Of a stretch of DNA of 64,000 nucleotides, positions 28,529 to 36,127 are shown piece after piece (the stretch's first letter is position 1; every line of letters begins with the position of its first letter). Origin of the DNA: Clostridia bacterium (GTDB taxonomy: Bacteria > Bacillota > Clostridia > UMGS1883); contig JBJDXJ010000052.1 in the NCBI GenBank assembly GCA_051866635.1, positions 1 to 64,000 of the forward strand. The letters are read 5' to 3'. The notes under the pieces were generated by a model. The model saw only the letters and a program-made list of their open reading frames with translations, had not been told where the DNA came from and ran no database searches. A program made the translations under genes and the position numbers.

Positions 28529-29242
28529 ATGAGACGAAAAGAAATATCAGATGGAATTAAAGACGGTGTGCCTATAGCATTAGGGTACTTTTCTGTATCG
28601 GTAGCATTCGGGGTGTCAGCAGTACATTCAGGTGTGCCTGCATGGGGTGCAACGCTTATATCCCTTACAAATCTGACAAGTGCCGGACAGAAAGCAGGCG
28701 TGGATGTTATGGCAATAGGCGGCAGTTTTCTGCTTTTGGTTCTTACCACATTAATTATAAATCTCAGGTATTTTCTGATGGGTATATCCGTGTCGCAGAA
28801 AGTTGAGAAAGACATGAGCTTAAAGAAAAGACTATTGGTGTCTTTTGGTATAACCGATGAAATATATGCTGTCAGCATGGCGAGAAAAACAAGTTTGTCA
28901 TTCCCTTATATGGTTGGGTTGATTGTGCCGCCGATTATTGGGTGGACAAGCGGTACACTGGTAGGCTCTGTTGCAACAAATTTTATGCCTACAGTTTTAG
29001 CAGATGCCATGGGGATTGCATTGTACGGAATGTTTATAGCAGTTATCGTGCCTCCAAGTAAGGAAAATAGGAATGTTCTTGTTACCGTTGTCATGGCAAT
29101 TTTGTTGAGTGTAATATTCACCTATGTACCTCTTTTGGAAAAGATATCTTCAGGTTGGGCGGTAATTATTATAACTGTATTGGTAAGCAGTATTGCGGCA
29201 ACATTATTCCCCGTGGAGGAGAGTGAAACAAATGAGCAGTAA
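28529..29242 (+). CDS. azlC: AzlC-family branched-chain amino acid exporter
   Basis: PIALGYFSVSVAFG, INLRYFLM, FGITDEIYA. Confidence 0.88.
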   Translation: MRRKEISDGIKDGVPIALGYFSVSVAFGVSAVHSGVPAWGATLISLTNLTSAGQKAGVDVMAIGGSFLLLVLTTLIINLRYFLMGISVSQKVEKDMSLKKRLLVSFGITDEIYAVSMARKTSLSFPYMVGLIVPPIIGWTSGTLVGSVATNFMPTVLADAMGIALYGMFIAVIVPPSKENRNVLVTVVMAILLSVIFTYVPLLEKISSGWAVIIITVLVSSIAATLFPVEESETNEQ

Positions 29243-29543
29243 GTATATTTTTATGGCTATTTTCGCAATGGCAATCACCACATATCTGATAAGAATGTTG
29301 CCTATGGCAATTTTCAGAAAGAAAATTGAAAACAAGTGGATAAAGTCATTTTTGTATTATGTACCTTATGCGGTTTTATCTGCCATGACTTTTCCTGCCG
29401 TGTTTACCAGTACAGGCAGTGTACTTGGTGCAAGTTTAGGCTGTGTTACAGCCATAGTTCTGGCATATTTCAATAAGGGCCTTTTAACTGTTGCAATCGG
29501 TGCGGCAGTTATGGCTTTCCTGGTTCAGATAATAGGGGGTTAA
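29232..29543 (+). CDS. azlD: AzlD-family membrane protein
   Basis: TYLIRMLP...FLYYVPYAVLSAMTFP; overlaps azlC. Confidence 0.88.
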   Translation: MSSKYIFMAIFAMAITTYLIRMLPMAIFRKKIENKWIKSFLYYVPYAVLSAMTFPAVFTSTGSVLGASLGCVTAIVLAYFNKGLLTVAIGAAVMAFLVQIIGG

Positions 29544-29544
29544 G

Positions 29545-30273
29545 ATGAAAATTTTAATTATACGTCATGCGGACCCTGACTATTCAATCGATTCACTTAC
29601 GAAAAAGGGGTGGTTTGAGGCTGAATGTCTGTCCGAAAAGCTTGTAAACATGAAAATTGATGCCTTTTATACTTCAACATTAGGCAGGGCAAAGGATACG
29701 GCATCATGTACATTGAAAAAACTTGGCAGAGAACCTGACGGAGTTTTTGAATGGCTTAAGGAATTTCCACCTACAATAATCCGTCCCGATTGCGGCAAAA
29801 GTATTGCGTGGGACTGGCTCCCTTCAGATTGGACAAAGGTAGATGAATTTTATAACAAAGACCAATGGGGCAAAGTTCCCGTTATGGCAGAGGGCAAAGT
29901 TTTAGAAGAATACAACCGTGTGGTGGAGGAATTTGATAAAATCATTTCAAAGCACGGTTATATTCGTGAGGGTAACTACTACAGAGCTGAAAAGCCGAAT
30001 GATGACACTTTGGCATTTTTTTGTCACTTTGGGTCGGGATGCGTACTCATAAGCCACCTTTTAGGTATTTCGCCCATGGTTTTGTGGCACGGACTTTGTG
30101 CCGCACCTTCTTCCGTTACAACTTTAACAACAGAGGAAAGGCGTAGAGGAATTGCATCTTTCAGAATGAACAGCTACGGCGATATTTCCCATTTATATGC
30201 AAAAGGGGAAGAACCTGCCTTTGCGGCAAGATTTTGCGAAATGTTCGATAATACAGATGAAAGACATGACTAA
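29545..30273 (+). CDS. Histidine phosphatase family protein
   Basis: IIRHADPDY, STLGRAKDTA and FCHFG motifs. Confidence 0.88.
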   Translation: MKILIIRHADPDYSIDSLTKKGWFEAECLSEKLVNMKIDAFYTSTLGRAKDTASCTLKKLGREPDGVFEWLKEFPPTIIRPDCGKSIAWDWLPSDWTKVDEFYNKDQWGKVPVMAEGKVLEEYNRVVEEFDKIISKHGYIREGNYYRAEKPNDDTLAFFCHFGSGCVLISHLLGISPMVLWHGLCAAPSSVTTLTTEERRRGIASFRMNSYGDISHLYAKGEEPAFAARFCEMFDNTDERHD

Positions 30274-30311
30274 AAAATGGTATAAATAAGATAAGCAGTT
30301 TTAAAATTAAA

Positions 30312-30340
30312 AGCCGTCTGTAGTCAACCTACAGACGGCT
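30312..30340. terminator. Hairpin between convergent genes
   Basis: AGCCGTCTGTAG-TCAAC-CTACAGACGGCT. Confidence 0.7.
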
Positions 30341-30356
30341 AAATTTATGCCTTCTA

Positions 30357-30626
30357 TCAATCTTTTCTATTTCCGATAATTCTGTCGGAAAAAAACAGGC
30401 GCATTAATCAAATCGGAAATATTTGCCTCCGGTGCATCTGTAATATTATAAAAGCAAAAGGGCAAGCAATATCGGGTGCTTCAATTGCACTGATGTGGGA
30501 GCGACTGACATGTGCCGGTGCGGCAAGTTTCTCTTGCGATAAACCTCTCATTTTTCTAATGGTTGATATTGCAATACCCAATTGTATAAATCTATCACGG
30601 TTTTTAAAACTGACTACACCACTCAT
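30357..30626 (-). pseudogene. Degenerate XRE-family HTH regulator
   Basis: LGIAISTIRKMRGLSQEKLA...SHISAIEAP; a plausible C-terminus (YNITDAPEANISDLINAPVFSDRIIGNRKD*) lies in another frame. Confidence 0.6.
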
Positions 30627-30665
30627 TCCTGTTCACCTTCCTTTTACATGATATTATACTTTGTT

Positions 30666-30914
30666 TTAAATATTTATATCAAGTCCTTTAAAAAAGTCGT
30701 CGTAAGAACAATTGTAGATTTTCTTTAATTCAATAATAACACTTGCTCTGATATTAAGCTCGCCGGCTTCGTATTTTGCATAAGTGCTTCTTCCGATATC
30801 ACAACCTCGTCGCTGAAGTTCGGCACAGAGTTTTTCTTGCGATATATCGTTGTCAAGTCTTAGTTTTCTTAAATTGTCACCCATATTACGATCACGTCGG
30901 ATTTTCTGTTCCAT
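30666..30914 (-). CDS. XRE-family HTH regulator
   Basis: GDNLRKLR...ISQEKLC...RSTYAKYEAG. Confidence 0.85.
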   Translation of the reverse strand: MEQKIRRDRNMGDNLRKLRLDNDISQEKLCAELQRRGCDIGRSTYAKYEAGELNIRASVIIELKKIYNCSYDDFFKGLDINI

Positions 30915-30944
30915 ACATTACACCCCACATTTGCACAGTCTTTT

Positions 30945-31610
30945 TTAGTCAATCAAGCCATGGTCAAGCATGGAATAAGATTTTCCGTTGGCAACTATAA
31001 TATGGTCAAGCAAGCCCACTTCTATTGTTGTAAGCATACCATATATTCGTTTTGTTAAGGCTATGTCAGCCTGGGAAGGTGACAGCGTACCACCGGGATG
31101 ATTATGTACTAAAATAACCTTTGATGCATTGTTTCGGAGAACACATTCAGCAATCTTTCTTACGCTGACATTTGTTTTATCAACTGTGCCTTCTTCCACA
31201 ATTTCAAAATTAATAAGTTTACGCTGAGCGTCAAGGCAGATTATTCCAAAAATTTCAGTAGTGCGATTTCCGACTTTCTTAATTGCATATTCCCCTGCAA
31301 CAGTTGTGTCGGGGATATATGGTATCCCTGTGGCGTGGCTTTGGGTATAATAATTCAAAAAGGACGGGAACATTTTTAAAAGAGCAACAGTGTTTTCTGT
31401 TAAGCCGAACTTAACAAGGTCTTCACGGTTGGCATCAAGTACACCATGAAAACTGCCGAAGCGTTGTATAAGACTGTGTGCAAGAGCGTTGGTATCCTTT
31501 CTGGGAATAGTGAAATACAAAATCATTTCCAAGGCTTCATGAGGTTCAAAGCTGTCAATGCCTTCGTTGTAAAACCTTTCACGCATTCTTTGTCTGTGTC
31601 CTTCTGCCAT
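30945..31610 (-). CDS. radC: RadC-family JAB-domain protein
   Basis: GHRQRMRERF, VHNHPGG...SQAD and LLDHIIV motifs. Confidence 0.92.
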   Translation of the reverse strand: MAEGHRQRMRERFYNEGIDSFEPHEALEMILYFTIPRKDTNALAHSLIQRFGSFHGVLDANREDLVKFGLTENTVALLKMFPSFLNYYTQSHATGIPYIPDTTVAGEYAIKKVGNRTTEIFGIICLDAQRKLINFEIVEEGTVDKTNVSVRKIAECVLRNNASKVILVHNHPGGTLSPSQADIALTKRIYGMLTTIEVGLLDHIIVANGKSYSMLDHGLID

Positions 31611-31772
31611 CTATATCTCTCCTCTGTTATACTGTATCTATTATACAAAAAAATATAAATTACGTCAATGTTTTTGAAATTTATTGACTTTTAAGATGAT
31701 AAATAATATGATTATTCCTGTATTATGCAACTTTTCTTAAATTTGGGAAGTATTATATATAGGTGATAAAAA

Positions 31773-32597
31773 ATGGTTAAACTTAAGAAAAAATATATTT
31801 TAGCTATATTTATAGCTGTTATAGCAATTGTAAGCGGAATTATGATTTATGTTGGCAACAGTGCGGTGGGAATTACCCAATATGAAATATCAGATAAAAA
31901 AATACCCGAAAGTTTTTCAAACTTTCGTATTGCTCAGATTTCAGATTTGCACAACACTGACAATAACGAAAAAATAATAGGAAAGCTTAAAAGCGTGAAG
32001 CCTGACATAATAGTGATAACAGGTGACATGATTGATGCCAGAAACACAAAGGTTTCTGTTGCTTTGGATTTTACTGAACGTGCTGTAAAAATCGCACCTG
32101 TATATTATGTGACAGGTAATCACGAAGCCAGAAGAATAACACAATACAATTTTTTAAAGGAAGGTCTAATTGATTTGGGCGTTAGCGTTATGGAAAACAC
32201 TGTAACGGAAATTGAAAAAAACGGTGAAAAAATTACACTGATAGGTTTACATGATACAGGTTTTGATTTTAATACAGGTATTGACTACTCCTTAAAGTCA
32301 GTGTTGCCTGATAATGAAAGCTACAAAATACTTCTTGCCCACAGACCTGAATACTTTGAAAAATACAAAGGTGTGGACCTTGTTTTTTCAGGTCATGCCC
32401 ACGGAGGACAGGTAAGGCTACCATTTATAGGCGGGCTTTTTGCACCGGGACAAGGAATTTTTCCAAAGTATGACGGTGGCGTTTACCAAGACGGTGACTT
32501 GACAATGGTTGTAAGTAGAGGCTTAGGAAACAGCCTTTTTCCATTCAGGGTGAACAATAACCCTGAAATAGTTGTTGTAACATTAAAAAGGGGATGA
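31773..32597 (+). CDS. Membrane-anchored metallophosphoesterase
   Basis: SDLH, TGD, GNHE and SGHAHGGQ motifs. Confidence 0.9.
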   Translation: MVKLKKKYILAIFIAVIAIVSGIMIYVGNSAVGITQYEISDKKIPESFSNFRIAQISDLHNTDNNEKIIGKLKSVKPDIIVITGDMIDARNTKVSVALDFTERAVKIAPVYYVTGNHEARRITQYNFLKEGLIDLGVSVMENTVTEIEKNGEKITLIGLHDTGFDFNTGIDYSLKSVLPDNESYKILLAHRPEYFEKYKGVDLVFSGHAHGGQVRLPFIGGLFAPGQGIFPKYDGGVYQDGDLTMVVSRGLGNSLFPFRVNNNPEIVVVTLKRG

Positions 32598-32602
32598 AGT
32601 AA

Positions 32603-33187
32603 ATGAGAAAATTATTATTGATTTTTATGTGCCTTGTGCTTTCAGGCTGTGGTAAAAATGTAGCCATTATAGGAGGAAGTGACGGACCCACAAGTATTTA
32701 TATTTCCGATAATGAAAATACAGATATAACTCCTGTAAAAATGATAAAGGTTGACGGAAGTCTGTATTATGAAAGCGGCAAGGTCAGCAATTTAACCGCC
32801 CGTTGCGGTACAATGGACGGAAATCTTACAAAAACCGTAGGCGAATTTGAAATACCGAAAAATGACAATGAATGTAATTTTGAAGGCTCCACAGGTTATC
32901 AAAATGTAACAGACACCACAAAAGAATTACCAATAGATGATACTTGGGTAGTTTTCAAAAAAATTGTTGATGATGAAATGGATTTTAGTCAATATACCTA
33001 TTGTGTAAAAGTTAAGGGCAGACACCCAAATGCCGCTTGTGATAGCGAATATATTGTGCTTTCAAAGGATTTGGATATAACATTTCAAAAGATTGAAAAG
33101 CATTTGTTTTCATCCTTGTTAAGTGACAGTTTAGATGTTTATCTTATACCTGTACTTGATGAAGAAGACAGTTCTGTTATTGAATAA
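32603..33187 (+). CDS. Lipoprotein of unknown function
   Basis: Lipobox LSGC followed by AIIGGSDGPTSIY. Confidence 0.8.
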   Translation: MRKLLLIFMCLVLSGCGKNVAIIGGSDGPTSIYISDNENTDITPVKMIKVDGSLYYESGKVSNLTARCGTMDGNLTKTVGEFEIPKNDNECNFEGSTGYQNVTDTTKELPIDDTWVVFKKIVDDEMDFSQYTYCVKVKGRHPNAACDSEYIVLSKDLDITFQKIEKHLFSSLLSDSLDVYLIPVLDEEDSSVIE

Positions 33188-34232
33188 TTCCGCCGCCCAC
33201 AACAATGTCACCATCATATAAAACTACTGACTGACCTTTTGTTATGGCACGCTGAGGCGTATCAAATACCACCTTTATTGTATCTTCGTCAAGCTGTGTT
33301 ACAGTGGCAAATTGTTCTTTATGGCGATAACGGACTTTAGCTTTAACACGCATAGGTTCATTTATTTTGTCTACGGAAACAAGATTGATGTTTTTTGCAA
33401 TAAGCGTATCTGTAAAAAGGTCATCATTTGAGCCTAATATAACTTTGTTTTCTTCTATGTCCACCTTTACTACATATAAAGGGGCAGAGTAGGCAATACC
33501 TAAACCTTTCCTTTGACCTACTGTGTAACGGATTATGCCCTTATGCTTGCCTAAAACTTCACCGCCCACTGTTACAAAATCTCCCGGAGGGTATTTCTTT
33601 TTCTGTGTGCGTTCGATAAAATCATAATACATTTCGTTCTTTACAAAGCAAATATCCTGGCTGTCTCCTTTGTCTGCATTGACAAAGCCTGCTTCTTCAG
33701 CGAGCATCCTTGTTTCCTCCTTTGTCATAGAACCTAAAGGAAAGATTGCACGGGAGAGCTGTTTTTGTGTAAGTGAATAAAGAACGTAGCTTTGGTCCTT
33801 GGAGTCATCAAGGGCCTTTTTTAATATAAATCTGCCGTTTTCTTCGTTCTTTTCAATACGTGCATAATGTCCCGTTGCAACTTTGTCACAACCCATTTTT
33901 TCCCCTTCATTAAATAACCTTTCAAATTTCATGTAACGGTTACAGTCGACACAAGGATTGGGGGTCATTCCGTTTTCATATGCATAAATAAACTTGTCTA
34001 TTACATTTTCCTGAAAGCCTTGTGCAAAATCTTTCACGAAATAGGGTATTGACAAGCTGTCTGCAACGCTTTGTGCATCTTCAATATCTTTCTTAGTACA
34101 GCATGCAGGCTCGCTGTCACCGTCAAAAAGCTTCATAGTTATGCCAAGGCAATCATAGCCTTTCTTTTTCATTAAAAGAGCAACAACAGAGGAATCAACG
34201 CCGCCACTCATTGCTATAAGCACTTTAGTCAT
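33177..34232 (-). CDS. mnmA: tRNA 2-thiouridylase
   Basis: AMSGGVDSS, TPNPCVDCN, ATGHYAR, KDQSY and DSQDICF motifs. Confidence 0.96.
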   Translation of the reverse strand: MTKVLIAMSGGVDSSVVALLMKKKGYDCLGITMKLFDGDSEPACCTKKDIEDAQSVADSLSIPYFVKDFAQGFQENVIDKFIYAYENGMTPNPCVDCNRYMKFERLFNEGEKMGCDKVATGHYARIEKNEENGRFILKKALDDSKDQSYVLYSLTQKQLSRAIFPLGSMTKEETRMLAEEAGFVNADKGDSQDICFVKNEMYYDFIERTQKKKYPPGDFVTVGGEVLGKHKGIIRYTVGQRKGLGIAYSAPLYVVKVDIEENKVILGSNDDLFTDTLIAKNINLVSVDKINEPMRVKAKVRYRHKEQFATVTQLDEDTIKVVFDTPQRAITKGQSVVLYDGDIVVGGGIIQ

Positions 34233-34236
34233 ATCT

Positions 34237-35247
34237 CTATCTCCTCACATCTCCACGTGCAGTTACTATGCGGTAGCCGACACTTTCTACACGTTTTTCA
34301 AGGCAAATACGGCACTCTGCCGCTTCGTCACCTGTACAGATTTTGTTTTCATATAAAGCATAGAGCTTTCTTACCCGCAGGGGAGAAAGGTTCGGCATTA
34401 CAACATTTGCCCCTGCCTTTAAGCCTAATTCCCGCCCTTGGGGATGTATTGTGCCAAGGGCTGTTGTGGCAGGGATAAGTGCATAGGGGAATAGTAACCT
34501 TAGTATTGCAACCATACGCAGTGTTAATTCCAGCTTTCCGCTTTCATACTCTGCAAAGGGAGTTTCTTTATGTGTTATATAAGGACCTATGCCTATCATA
34601 TCGGGAGAAAGGTCCTGTAAAAATCTTAAATCCGAAACTAAGTTTTCGGTAGTCTGGAAAGGTGAACCCACCATAAAACCGCTTCCTACCTGATATCCTA
34701 TATCCTTTAAGTCATACAAACAGCGTTTTCTTACATCAAGGCTCATTTCTTTTGGGTGAAGTTTGCCGTAATGACATTCATCCGCTGTTTCATGACGGAG
34801 TAAATAACGATTTGCCCCTGCGTTGAAGTAGGCTTTGTAGCTTTCTTTACTCTTTTCACCGATTGACAGAGTTATTGCACATTCGGGATACTTTTCACGG
34901 ATGGCAGAAACTATTTCACATATTTTATCATCTGTAAAAAAGTTATCTTCGCCGCCCTGAAGCACAAAAGTTCTGAAGCCTAAGGAGTAACCTTCTTTTG
35001 AGCATTCAAGTATTTCTTCTTTTGTCAGGCGGTAACGAATTGCATTTTTATTGCCTGCACGTATTCCACAGTAATAGCAGTTGTTTTTACAGTAGTTTGT
35101 AAATTCAATAAGTCCGCGGATGTAAACGTCGGTGCCGTAATGTTCTCTGCGGATATTATCTGCTTGTAAAAACAGCTCACTGTCGTATTTATCTGTATTT
35201 ATTAAGTTTATTAATTCATCATTTGTAAGGTTTTTAATATTAATCAC
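34237..35247 (-). CDS. hydE: [FeFe]-hydrogenase maturase HydE-like radical SAM protein
   Basis: RGLIEFTNYCKNNCYYC, RYLLRHET, GANVVMPN and YALYENK motifs. Confidence 0.85.
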   Translation of the reverse strand: MINIKNLTNDELINLINTDKYDSELFLQADNIRREHYGTDVYIRGLIEFTNYCKNNCYYCGIRAGNKNAIRYRLTKEEILECSKEGYSLGFRTFVLQGGEDNFFTDDKICEIVSAIREKYPECAITLSIGEKSKESYKAYFNAGANRYLLRHETADECHYGKLHPKEMSLDVRKRCLYDLKDIGYQVGSGFMVGSPFQTTENLVSDLRFLQDLSPDMIGIGPYITHKETPFAEYESGKLELTLRMVAILRLLFPYALIPATTALGTIHPQGRELGLKAGANVVMPNLSPLRVRKLYALYENKICTGDEAAECRICLEKRVESVGYRIVTARGDVRR

Positions 35248-36016
35248 TGTTATTTCTCCTTATAGAAATTCCAACCCTGTCTGCGTTTGGGAAAGTTTTT
35301 CTGTATTGTGTGGGGGTAACACCCTCATGTTTTTTGAAAATTTTGAAAAACGCCTTACTGTCTGTAAAGCCACACTGCCTTGCAACCTCGTCTATTGGAA
35401 GGTGGGAACAGAGTAATATCTGTTTGGCACTTGCAATGCGGCAGAAGGTAATATAGCTTTTTGCACTTTTGCCTGTTTTGTCCCTGACTTTTGCCGAAAT
35501 GTAGTCAGGGCTGTAGCCAAACTCACGGGCAATAGAAGTAACATTAATGTTTTCTGAAAAGTGCTTTTCAATCCATTTACAAATCTCGCTTCCTAACAAA
35601 AGGTGAGGGTTGTTATTTCCTGAAATTTCGTTCTGTATTCCATGTATAAGAAGTGTTGTGGCACAATCGGCATCAGAGCCTTTTATATATGCGAAATGAA
35701 ACACCTGTCTGAAAAGCTGAATAGCCTGAGTGGAATTATCTAAATGATAAATAAGGGGGATGGAGATTTCTTCGTCTGTCAAAAAATGCACCCAGTAAAA
35801 TTCCACCTTTTCTTCGCTTTCACGCCACCCGTAATGGAGGCGGTTTGCCGGGAGGAAAACAAGGTCATTTTCCTTTACTGTGAGCTTTTCATCTTCAAAA
35901 GACAGGTACATTGTACCCTTACGCATTAATATAAGCTCGTTAAAACGCATAACCCGTCTCATGTGTATGAAATTTTTCTCAAACTGAAATTTGCCGCATT
36001 CATCAAACATTATCAC
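35240..36016 (-). CDS. AraC-family regulator divergent from the GH127 gene
   Basis: Cupin EFYWVHF and HTH CGFTDSKAFFKIFKKHEGVTP; start re-called to GTG 36016 (or ATG 36010) after AAGGTGG. Confidence 0.85.
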   Translation of the reverse strand: MIMFDECGKFQFEKNFIHMRRVMRFNELILMRKGTMYLSFEDEKLTVKENDLVFLPANRLHYGWRESEEKVEFYWVHFLTDEEISIPLIYHLDNSTQAIQLFRQVFHFAYIKGSDADCATTLLIHGIQNEISGNNNPHLLLGSEICKWIEKHFSENINVTSIAREFGYSPDYISAKVRDKTGKSAKSYITFCRIASAKQILLCSHLPIDEVARQCGFTDSKAFFKIFKKHEGVTPTQYRKTFPNADRVGISIRRNNSD

Positions 36017-36040
36017 GGATTTTGCCACCTTTATCACGGA
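36010..36040. promoter_or_regulatory. Putative AraC-family operator (direct repeat, 21-bp period)
   Basis: TTATCACGGA at 36010-36019 and 36031-36040. Confidence 0.6.
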
Positions 36041-36127
36041 AATATGGATTGCACTATTACATAATTGAGTGTAATCTATAAGTAGTTTAACATATTTGAT
36101 AATATAAGTAAAGGAGAAAATGAAAAA

